A stretch of DNA of 21,139 nt from Candidatus Micrarchaeota archaeon (lineage in GTDB: Archaea; Micrarchaeota; Micrarchaeia; Norongarragalinales; Norongarragalinaceae). The stretch is from the NCBI GenBank assembly GCA_037444485.1, contig JBBIMI010000014.1, forward strand, positions 1-21,139, in the 5' to 3' direction. Shown here one piece after another: positions 9,197-16,908 of the stretch; the stretch's first letter is position 1, and each line of letters begins with the position of its first letter. A model generated the notes under the pieces. That model was not told the origin of the DNA. It saw nothing but the letters and a program-made list of their open reading frames with translations, and did no database searches. The translations under genes and the position numbers were made by a program.

Positions 9197-10594
9197 ATGA
9201 AAAAAAGAGAAAAAAAATCGAAGCAGGAATTCAAGGTTGCAGGCGTTAAAGTTTCCCAAGTGGCAACCCGCAAGCACAAGGGCTGGGTTTACAACGTAAC
9301 TACGGAAACCGGCAACTTGTTCGCGAACGGCATTCTGGTTCACAACAGCGGGGGTCTTGGAACTCCCGCGTACTTGCGCATCGAGCCGGGCTTCGTGCAC
9401 AAAGCGAACAAAGGCGTTTTGTTTATCGACGAAGTCAGCACTCTCTCGCCCAAATCCCAGCAGGAACTGCTCACCGCAATGCAGGAAAAAAAGTACGCGA
9501 TTACGGGCCAAAGCGAGTTGTCAAGCGGCGCGATGGTGCGCAGCGACCCCGTTCCCTGCGACTTCGTCCTAGTCGCAGCCGGTAATTACAAGGACATTCA
9601 GCGCATGCACCCGGCGTTGCGCAACCGCATTCGCGGTTACGGTTACGAGGTTTACATGGAAGAATCAATGCCCGATTCGCCTGAAAACCGCTTGAAAATA
9701 ATTCAATTCATCGCCCAGGAAGTCAAGAAAGACGGAAAAATCCCGCACTTCGACCGCAGTGCGGTCGAAGAAGTAATCAAGGAAGCGAGAAAGCGTTCGG
9801 GAAGAAAAAACAAGCTCACGCTCAAACTCCGCGAACTCGGCGGCCTCGTCCGCGCAGCCGGCGACCTCGCCCGCGAGCGCGGCGCGAAGCTCGTCACGCG
9901 CGAGCACGTGCTTGCGGCGAAGAAACTCGCGCGCACGCTCGAACAACAGGTGGCTCAGCAGCTTATTGACGTGCGGAAGGATTACCAGATTTTCTTGACT
10001 AAAGGCGCGGCCGTCGGCAAAGTCAACGGCTTGGCCGTCATGGGCGATTCGGGTGTTATTATGCCCATCGTAGCGGAAGTCGCGCCTGCTGCTTCACGCG
10101 AAGAGGGGAAGATAATAGCAACCGGCAAGCTTGGTGAGATCGCGCGCGAAGCAGTCGAGAACGTCAGCGCGATAATCAAGCGACATACTGGAAAAGACAC
10201 TTCACGCTTCGATTTCCACATCCAATTTCTTCAAACCTACGAAGGTGGCGTAGAGGGAGACAGTGCAAGCATTTCGGTCGTAACCGCGGTAATCAGCGCG
10301 CTCGAAAACGTTCCAGTCTTACAAAACGTTGCGATGACTGGCTCGCTTTCGGTAAGAGGCGAGGTGCTTCCCGTAGGCGGAATCACACAAAAGATTGAAG
10401 CGGCAATTGATGCGGGGCTAGAGAGCGTGATCATCCCCTTCACGAACAAGGATGATGTAGTTCTTCCGTCAGAACAACAAAAAGTCATTAAAATCTTGCC
10501 TGCAAAAAACCTTGCAGACGTGCTTGAGTACGCTTTGAAAGAAAGCGCTAAAAAGCGAGAACTCATTTCGAAAATTCGGGCAGAAATCGCATAA
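9197..10594 (+). CDS. lonB: C-terminal split intein (9197-9346, 50 aa) fused to LonB C-terminal fragment (Walker B and protease domain)
   Basis: Intein blocks [23 protein letters not shown], then extein SGGLGTP (Ser+1 at 9347), [24 protein letters not shown], catalytic EGDSAS and GGITQK. Alternative start GTG 9143 overlaps the endonuclease stop. Confidence 0.93.
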   Translation: MKKREKKSKQEFKVAGVKVSQVATRKHKGWVYNVTTETGNLFANGILVHNSGGLGTPAYLRIEPGFVHKANKGVLFIDEVSTLSPKSQQELLTAMQEKKYAITGQSELSSGAMVRSDPVPCDFVLVAAGNYKDIQRMHPALRNRIRGYGYEVYMEESMPDSPENRLKIIQFIAQEVKKDGKIPHFDRSAVEEVIKEARKRSGRKNKLTLKLRELGGLVRAAGDLARERGAKLVTREHVLAAKKLARTLEQQVAQQLIDVRKDYQIFLTKGAAVGKVNGLAVMGDSGVIMPIVAEVAPAASREEGKIIATGKLGEIAREAVENVSAIIKRHTGKDTSRFDFHIQFLQTYEGGVEGDSASISVVTAVISALENVPVLQNVAMTGSLSVRGEVLPVGGITQKIEAAIDAGLESVIIPFTNKDDVVLPSEQQKVIKILPAKNLADVLEYALKESAKKRELISKIRAEIA

Positions 10595-10601
10595 GACAAA
10601 A

Positions 10602-10635
10602 TTCACCGGCAGCTACCTTACCTCAAGTTTTTAAA
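10602..10635 (+). promoter_or_regulatory. Second copy of the TTCACCGGCA-N12-CAAGTTTTTAAA promoter-like motif
   Basis: Identical 10-nt and 12-nt blocks with the same 12-nt spacing as 8042-8075. Followed by SD GTGGTG and ATG 10676. Confidence 0.6.
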
Positions 10636-10675
10636 CGCATTTCCAGTGAATACTTTGTCTATCGTGGTGTTTAAT

Positions 10676-11802
10676 ATGTCGAGAGCTGGCATCGAATGCT
10701 TGGATTTTGAATCTCTTTTCCCCAAAACTTGTTATTCCGGCTACCCTTTGCTTTTGCAGGCTCTTGACGATAAGTTGCTTGTCGAATTCCGCACGAAATA
10801 TCCCAATGGCAAAGACAAGTCTGAACGGTTCCAACCGCGTTCTGCTTTGCTTCCGCGCAGCATATGCTTGTCGAATGAATTAATTGAAATGCTAGGCGCG
10901 TATCAAGGCGATGGTCAGACTTCGACCGACTCCAAGAGCTATCAAGCCATTCGATTCGCAAATTCCTCTCCCGCGCTTGTAAAAACCTTTTTGAACTTCC
11001 TGCGCATTTTTGAAATAACTCCCAGCGAAGTTAAAGCTGAAGTAATCGCTTCAACAGCATTGCGCGAGCAAGAATCTGAAAAGTCATTGGCGGCATATTG
11101 GAGTAGCATAACTTGAATACCCCTCGAGAATTTTTACAAATGCCGCTGGAATCCAGCGAAGTATTCCAACTCGCATTGCGTTCCCCGCGGGGCGCTTGCT
11201 TTAATCTACGGAAATTCAAGCTTCCGCCTAGCGTTTGACGCGCTATTCAACGAAGTCAAAAAACGTGCTTTGCGTGATGCGCCATCACCGCCGCATTTTT
11301 ACGCGGTTGGATAGCTGCAGACGGTTGTTTTTACTACTCTGGCGCTTTACGTCAACTTATTCTTGCTGCTAAGGAGTCTGAAGATAGAACCTACGCACAT
11401 CAGCTATTTAAAAAGCTGGAAATTCAACCAAGCAAAGATGCTCTTCGCGCTGGAAAAGAAGCAGTCAATATAACCGGCTACACTAATATGAAAGTAATTG
11501 CGGATCTTAACCTCTGTCACTTGCACCCTGACAAACGACAAAAGTTTCAAACTGCTTTTCAAGCCTATCGGGGACCTTCATACCGCAAGGGAGAAGGCAA
11601 AAACCGAGTTAAGGAGTTGCTTGAAAACAACTCAAGAACAGTTACGCAACTCGCAAGTTTGCTCGAACGAAAGCCCAATGCAATCCGTGCACATTTGAGA
11701 GCTCTAGAGAAAGACGGAATCGTTTATCGTACAGAAACAATCCAAACAGCTAGAACTGGACGCTACGCTGAATGCTGGCGGCTTATTAATCCCGTAATTT
11801 AA
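10676..11802 (+). pseudogene. Two-motif LAGLIDADG protein with C-terminal winged HTH, disrupted
   Basis: Motif 1 LIEMLGAYQGDG, FANSSPALV and YWSSIT*IP (in-frame TGA 11114-11116). After a frameshift near 11280 come motif 2 AAFLRGWIAADG and an HTH TVTQLASLLERKPNAIRAHLRALEKDGIV. Confidence 0.85.
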
Positions 11803-11862
11803 GAAAAAGATTTGCAAAAGCGTTTTTAAACTAGTTCTCCGTTCTTTTTCTTGGTTGGTTTC

Positions 11863-12858
11863 ATGCTGAAGTACTTCGCGTCCGTCGCAGGTCGGCAAAA
11901 ACGCGGCGAGGGGATTGCGTACCCTAAACCGAAAGGCAGGGACTTCGTGTGGGTCTACGCCAACGCGCTTTCGGTTGGAGAAGAAAAGCGTTTGAGCAAG
12001 GACTTCGGAATTCCGCTCGAGTTGTTCAAGCGTTTTGGGCGCGAGCAACGCTCGCAAGCTTATTCGACTACGCCCTTGGTTTTCACTGTCGCAGATTATT
12101 ACGTTGAAGGCAACGAAGTGCGTTCGACAAACTTGTTGTTCGCGTTGACTAAAAACGCTTTGATTACCGCGGTTCCCGAGCGTTCTGCTTACTACGACAA
12201 GCTTTTCGAACGCGTTTGCAGGGAGTTTTCCGACTCGCTGAAAACGCACGAGACGCACTCGCACTACGGCAGCATGGCGCTGTTGTTGTACGAATTCTGG
12301 AATGCTGACGTGGAAGACAATTACGAAATCCTGCAGAAGACGGAAGATTCGATCACCGAGTTGGAGGCTGGCGCGGCTTCGTTCGGAACCGCAGTGAAAG
12401 TGCGTGAAATCACGGACTTCAAGCGATTCCTGTCGGCGATGGGAAAGCGCTTTTGGGCTTCAGCGCGGATGGTTTCCATAGTCCGCAGCGGCTTGACGCC
12501 GCTCGTGCTGGACAGCGAATTGACGCAGTTGTTCGAAAACGTTTACGAAAGCTACCTGCACCAAGTCGACTTGCTGTCTTCGCAGAAGGAAATGCTTTCG
12601 GACGCGCTAGCGATTTACGAAACCACTATTTCCAACCGCTTGGCGGTGACGTCCAACGAATTAAACCAAATAATGAAGAAGCTCACCGCGTTGACGGTAA
12701 TAATCATGATTCCAACGCTCATCGCAGGAATCTATGGAATGAATTTTTTGAACATGCCTGAATTACGGCACGAATTAGGTTATTACGCTGCGCTCGCGGC
12801 AATGCTTGCAACAGGCGCAATAACTTATTACGCGTTCCACAAACGCGACTGGATTTGA
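11863..12858 (+). CDS. corA: CorA-family Mg2+/Co2+ transporter
   Basis: NQIMKKLT...PTLIAGIYGMNFLNMPEL signature and two C-terminal TM helices. TATA at ~11823-11830. Alternative start TTG 11851. Confidence 0.93.
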   Translation: MLKYFASVAGRQKRGEGIAYPKPKGRDFVWVYANALSVGEEKRLSKDFGIPLELFKRFGREQRSQAYSTTPLVFTVADYYVEGNEVRSTNLLFALTKNALITAVPERSAYYDKLFERVCREFSDSLKTHETHSHYGSMALLLYEFWNADVEDNYEILQKTEDSITELEAGAASFGTAVKVREITDFKRFLSAMGKRFWASARMVSIVRSGLTPLVLDSELTQLFENVYESYLHQVDLLSSQKEMLSDALAIYETTISNRLAVTSNELNQIMKKLTALTVIIMIPTLIAGIYGMNFLNMPELRHELGYYAALAAMLATGAITYYAFHKRDWI

Positions 12859-12908
12859 GTGGCTTGATTTCCGAAATATTATTAACTAACGGCGTGCACT
12901 CTAATTTA

Positions 12909-13036
12909 CAGTGATGACTCAAACTTATGAGTTCCGAGCGCTCCCGAACGCGCCGCACGGCGCAGGCGCGCGGCGCAACTGCGCGGCGCGTGGCGCGCGG
13001 GTTCGCGTTGACGAAGACCTTGAGTGCTGATTTTTT
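12909..13036 (+). ncRNA. Box C/D guide sRNA predicted to 2'-O-methylate wobble C34 of tRNA-Met(CAU) and tRNA-Leu(CAA)
   Basis: Box C GTGATGA 12911-12917, D' CCGA 12934-12937, C' TGACGA 13009-13014, D CTGA 13027-13030, then T6. Guides are antisense to A-CT-CAT-AA and A-CT-CAA-GG-TCT, with N+5 on the first anticodon base in both. Ends are approximate. Confidence 0.8.
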
Positions 13037-13076
13037 GTGTTTTAAAGCGGCGGAAAGCGTTTTTTAAAACGCGTGA

Positions 13077-13140
13077 AGCAAGAATATAGCAAGGGTATAG
13101 CAAGAGTGTAGCAAGAGTGTACCGAGAGTGTAGCGAGGTG
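13077..13140 (+). repeat. Degenerate 11-bp tandem repeat (AGCAAGAGTGT, about 6 copies)
   Basis: Units start at 13077, 13088, 13099, 13110, 13121 and 13132. The last unit contains the SD GAGGTG. Confidence 0.8.
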
Positions 13141-13148
13141 TTTTTTGT

Positions 13149-13889
13149 TTGAGTATTTTAAGCAAGGAAACCGTTGCAAAACTGCGTTCGGCGTTGAATT
13201 CTGTTCCTGAATCGAAGAGGCTAGAGTTAATGAAGAAAAGTTGGTCGTGGACTTCTGTTTTGGGTATGCCGATTGGTTTTCCGCAGCTGCACAAAAAAAT
13301 TGTGGGCGAGGTTGAAGAATTGGCTAGACTGTGCGGTTTTGGAAAGCAAGACGTTGTTCTCGACGTTGGCTGCGGTAAAGGCGAATTAGTTAAAGCACTA
13401 CGGCTCAAGTCGTTCAACGCTTTAGGGGTTGACGTGGTCAAACACGAAAAAATGCCTGAAAACAGTTTTTTGATTGGTTCTGCGGAAAGCCTTCCAATCA
13501 AAAGCAATTCAGTGAAATTGTTGATTGATTCTTTCACGATGCATTACACGGACATCGACAAGTCCGCAAGCGAAGTGCTGCGCGTCCTAGAGAAAGGCGG
13601 TTTCGCGCTGGTTTTGCTGCAACACGCGGGGATGGTTAAAAAAGGAATGAAGAAAATCCTTGAACAAAAGGGTTTAGGCAGCGACTTAAATGCTTTTGTT
13701 TCGAAAAACGCTGAAAAACTAGCGTTTGAAGACTACCCTTCAGCGCGGTTGTTGCTTAACACGTTTAAAGACAAGGAAGAAGCTGAAAAGTTTTTCGAGG
13801 GAAAAGGATTCAAGGTTTTAGAGGCGACGGAAGAATTAATTAACGGCAAGCCAGTGGCTTTCAAACTATTGCTTAAAAAACTGCTTTAA
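13149..13889 (+). CDS. Class I SAM-dependent methyltransferase
   Basis: Motif I VLDVGCGKG, GVD, GSAESLP, EVLRVLEKGG. TTG start after SD GAGGTG. Confidence 0.88.
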   Translation: MSILSKETVAKLRSALNSVPESKRLELMKKSWSWTSVLGMPIGFPQLHKKIVGEVEELARLCGFGKQDVVLDVGCGKGELVKALRLKSFNALGVDVVKHEKMPENSFLIGSAESLPIKSNSVKLLIDSFTMHYTDIDKSASEVLRVLEKGGFALVLLQHAGMVKKGMKKILEQKGLGSDLNAFVSKNAEKLAFEDYPSARLLLNTFKDKEEAEKFFEGKGFKVLEATEELINGKPVAFKLLLKKLL

Positions 13890-14003
13890 AACCCGGTAAC
13901 GGGCAGGAAACGCGGCGAAACGCGAGCCGGTTGAAGCCTTAAGGCACGAGTAGACGCGGAAGTAATGCCGCATCCCGCACGAAGAAAAACAGTTTTTAAA
14001 TCC

Positions 14004-15686
14004 TTAAATCACTTCGATTCCGTAATACTTTTTGTCGCTGGCGCCAGCGTAACCGCCAGCCTGCCTCTCCTCGTTTTTTTCGACTGCAGCTCGCACGAGT
14101 CCCTTAAACAATGGCTCGGGTTCTTCTAAGCGAGAGTCGAACTCTGGGTGCGCTTGCGTGCCTACGAAGAACAAGTGCCCCTCTAATTCCATGAACTTCA
14201 TTATTTCCTTCTCTGGATCGCGTCCCGAGAACACTACGCCAGCTTCCTCGAGTTCAGAAACGTAGTCGGGATTCACTTCAAAACGGTGGCGGAAGCGTTT
14301 AGAAACAACGTCCCGGCCGTAAAGCGAGTGTACTAGCGTGCCGCGCTTGAGTAAAACGTCTCGCGCGCCCAAACGCATGGTGCCGCCTTTCTGCGTGACT
14401 TCCCGTTGTTCGGGAAGCAAGTCAATCACTGGATGCGTAGTTGACTCGTCGATTTCAGTAGTGTGGGCGTCACTCCAACCCAACACGTTTCGCGCGAATT
14501 CGACGACTGCCAACTGCATTCCGTAACACAATCCGAGGTAAGGCACTCCATTCTCGCGCGCGAATCGAATCGCTGAAATAATGCCTTCAACACCGCGTCC
14601 TCCGAAGCCGCCTGGAACAACGAGCGCGTCGAACGACTCCAAATCCGCTTGCCCCTCGCCGGAACCGATTCCTGATTGCTCGATTTCCTCGCTATCAACG
14701 AGAACAGCGTGCACGCGCGCGTCATTATGCACTCCCGCGTGCTTTAATGCCTCGAAAACACTCAAGTAAGTGTCTTTCGTGGTCGCGTACTTTCCAACAA
14801 CCCCTATTTTCACGGCGCGTTCCGCGTTATTCCACCGCGCGAGAAGCGAACGCCACTCGTTCAAGTCCCTCTCGCCTTCAGTGAGCCCGAGCTTGGCGCA
14901 CAACGCGTTCGAAAAACCTTGCGCGCTGAGCAGCAACGGCAGTTCGTAAACGTTTTCAACGTTCGGCGAATCGAATACGTTCGCTTTTTCAACGTTGCAG
15001 AACAACGCGATTTTCGCGCGCACCGAATCGCTTAACGGTTTTTCGCAGCGCGCGACCACGAAATCGGGCGCGATTCCGCGCGCCAACAGCGCGCGAACGC
15101 TGTGTTGTATTGGCTTCGTTTTTTGTTCGCCTGTCAGGATCGTGGGAACAAGCGCCAAGTGCACGTTTGCAACGTTGCCAGGCGTTTCTTCGAAACGCAT
15201 TTGGCGAATCGCTTCAAGAACGATTTCGCTTTCTATGTCGCCGACAGTGCCGCCTATTTCTACTACGAGCACTTCGCTTGCTGTTTTTTGCGCTGTCAAG
15301 CGAATGCGGTTTTTCACTTCGTTCGTGACGTGGGGAATTAATTGAATGGTTTTTCCGAGGAACTCGCCGCGCCTTTCCTTTTCGAGGACCGCGCGGTATA
15401 CTGTGCCCATCATTAGGTTTTGCTCGCGGCATGCGAACTCGTTCAAGAAACGCTCGTAATTGCCGACGTCGAGGTCGCACTCGAAGCCGTCGCGCGTGAC
15501 GAAGACTTCACCGTGCTCGAAGGGGTTAAGCGTGCCAGCGTCGCAATTCAAGTAAGGGTCTATCTTCATCGCGTTGGCGCGCACGCCAGCTGACTTCAAC
15601 AACTTTGCTATTGAAGAAACGAGGATGCCTTTCCCTAGCGACGACAGCACGCCGCCCGTCACGAAAACAAATTTAGGCAAACCCAA
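14004..15686 (-). CDS. pyrG: CTP synthase
   Basis: KFVFVTGGVLSSLGKG, KIDPYLNCDAGT, EIGGTVGDIES, KTKPIQHS, and glutaminase motifs LGLCYGMQ, RHRFEVN, QAHPEF. Confidence 0.98.
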   Translation of the reverse strand: MGLPKFVFVTGGVLSSLGKGILVSSIAKLLKSAGVRANAMKIDPYLNCDAGTLNPFEHGEVFVTRDGFECDLDVGNYERFLNEFACREQNLMMGTVYRAVLEKERRGEFLGKTIQLIPHVTNEVKNRIRLTAQKTASEVLVVEIGGTVGDIESEIVLEAIRQMRFEETPGNVANVHLALVPTILTGEQKTKPIQHSVRALLARGIAPDFVVARCEKPLSDSVRAKIALFCNVEKANVFDSPNVENVYELPLLLSAQGFSNALCAKLGLTEGERDLNEWRSLLARWNNAERAVKIGVVGKYATTKDTYLSVFEALKHAGVHNDARVHAVLVDSEEIEQSGIGSGEGQADLESFDALVVPGGFGGRGVEGIISAIRFARENGVPYLGLCYGMQLAVVEFARNVLGWSDAHTTEIDESTTHPVIDLLPEQREVTQKGGTMRLGARDVLLKRGTLVHSLYGRDVVSKRFRHRFEVNPDYVSELEEAGVVFSGRDPEKEIMKFMELEGHLFFVGTQAHPEFDSRLEEPEPLFKGLVRAAVEKNEERQAGGYAGASDKKYYGIEVI

Positions 15687-15864
15687 AACCCCTGACGCTT
15701 GATTGAAAAAAACAAAAACGTTAAAAAAACAAAAATGTTAAAAAAACAAAAACGTAGTGTTTGTGGAACGAAGGTTTGCAAAACGAAGAATAACAAACCG
15801 CGAGAGGTTAAAAAAACTTTTACGTTAAAAAAACTTTCTATGCCGCACGCGCGAGAACACGTAT

Positions 15865-16395
15865 TTAAATGAGTTTCGCCAACTCTTCAATTGAATCGAC
15901 GTAGATAACCGGAATTTCTTCAGTAATTTCTCGCGCGATGGGCGCTGAAATAGTGTTTTTAAACCAAATTACTTTCGTTTTATTGCCTAAATAACGGTAG
16001 TGGTATTTCAACGCGGCGAATTCGCGCATTATTCCGGGTGACATGCCGAAAACCACGCAAACGCTGCCTGAAGCTGCTATAGTGCCGTCAGCGTCATACC
16101 ATGAATCGACTTTAATGCGTTTGTCAAGCAAATGCAAGTATGGTTGAATGTGTTTCACGCCGTAAACCTTGTCTTTAGTGGGCACGACGCCCCAAACGCG
16201 TTTGCCGCCGTTCTGCTTGTAAACTCGCGCGACTTCGCTTGGAATTCCTCTGTCCGGAATGATGACGAGCTCGCAGCCTTTTTCCGCGAGCAAACGCGCC
16301 ACTTCATCAACGAGTTCGCGTAATTGTTTTTCCGAAATTTTAGTGAACCGCGGGATTTTAGTTAAATCGCCGGTTCCAAGAACTACTACTCTCAC
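15865..16395 (-). CDS. Probable SLOG/LOG-like Rossmann-fold nucleotide-binding protein
   Basis: Pattern beta-LGTG / VARLLAEKGCELV / GIPSEVARVYKQNGGKRVWGVVP / VVFGMSPGIMREF resembles LOG/DprA-like folds. Assignment by eye only. Confidence 0.6.
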   Translation of the reverse strand: MRVVVLGTGDLTKIPRFTKISEKQLRELVDEVARLLAEKGCELVIIPDRGIPSEVARVYKQNGGKRVWGVVPTKDKVYGVKHIQPYLHLLDKRIKVDSWYDADGTIAASGSVCVVFGMSPGIMREFAALKYHYRYLGNKTKVIWFKNTISAPIAREITEEIPVIYVDSIEELAKLI

Positions 16396-16576
16396 GTTCT
16401 TGATTAAACGCGTGCAGCAATATAAATTTTATGCTCTTTTTATGCCCAAGCCGCCTGCGCTGCCTGCCTCGCCTGCGCTGCAGGGGCTGGCTGTATAGGC
16501 GCTGCTGCACTGCTTGCGTTGCCCGCCTGGCGCCTGCTGCAAGACTCAATAAATTTAAATCAAGGTGAAACAATAA

Positions 16577-16724
16577 TAAAAGCAGTATACAAAAAAGCAG
16601 TATACAACAATAATACGAACAATAATACGAACAATAATACGAACAATAATAAGCAGCGTAAATAATTACTCAATAATAATTACTCAATAATACGAACAAT
16701 AATAAGCAGCGTAAATAATTACTC
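16577..16724. repeat. Nested tandem duplications (AAAAGCAGTATACAA x2, AACAATAATACG x3-4, ~40-bp unit x2)
   Basis: Read directly. Units are adjacent and lack unique spacers. Confidence 0.8.
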
Positions 16725-16734
16725 GGTGTTGTAA

Positions 16735-16908
16735 ATGGGTGTTTTAGCTCCAGACGTTTCTTCAGTGTTTGGCTTCGACTCGCCTGTACTCAATTTCTTT
16801 GCAGTCTTCCTGATAGCGTTAGTAATGTTTGGCTTGCTGAGTTTCGACAACTTCATTATTTTAGGCGTCGGCGGGTGGCTGGCGTTAAAGTGGGCGAAAA
16901 TAATTTGA
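16735..16908 (+). CDS. Small membrane protein, 57 aa (not in the ORF track)
   Basis: MGVLAPDVSSVFGFDSPVLNFFAVFLIALVMFGLLSFDNFIILGVGGWLALKWAKII*. SD-like GGTG upstream. The stop overlaps the next start (TTGA 16905-16908). Confidence 0.7.
   Translation: MGVLAPDVSSVFGFDSPVLNFFAVFLIALVMFGLLSFDNFIILGVGGWLALKWAKII

Noticed and set aside
7980..9245. RNA intron (BHB or group I/II) carrying the endonuclease and rejoining the intein halves
   Set aside because: Only a weak pairing (GCAGCCTGA with TCAAGGTTGC) was found, with no 3-4-3 BHB geometry. The non-coding flanks are too short for a ribozyme core. Not fully excluded without RT-PCR.
7998..11116. TGA recoding or read-through: the lonB N-half and endonuclease share a frame separated by two TGAs, and a TGA sits at a likely Gly in the pseudogene
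   Set aside because: TGA ends proS at its canonical FAKSY terminus and also ends rps17e, rnz and corA. The lonB C-half is in a different frame, so read-through alone would not restore the gene.
13903..13978. tRNA-like or SRP RNA identity for the structured element
   Set aside because: No TTCGA T-loop, D-loop or proper anticodon stem, and the CAGG...AGC spacing does not fit SRP helix 8.
16442..16540. GC-rich GCCTGC-type stretch and 18-codon ORF MPKPPALPASPALQGLAV
   Set aside because: Low-complexity repeat with no convincing stem or coding evidence.
16577..16724. Possible CRISPR array
   Set aside because: Repeats are adjacent tandem copies without unique spacers, and no cas genes are present.
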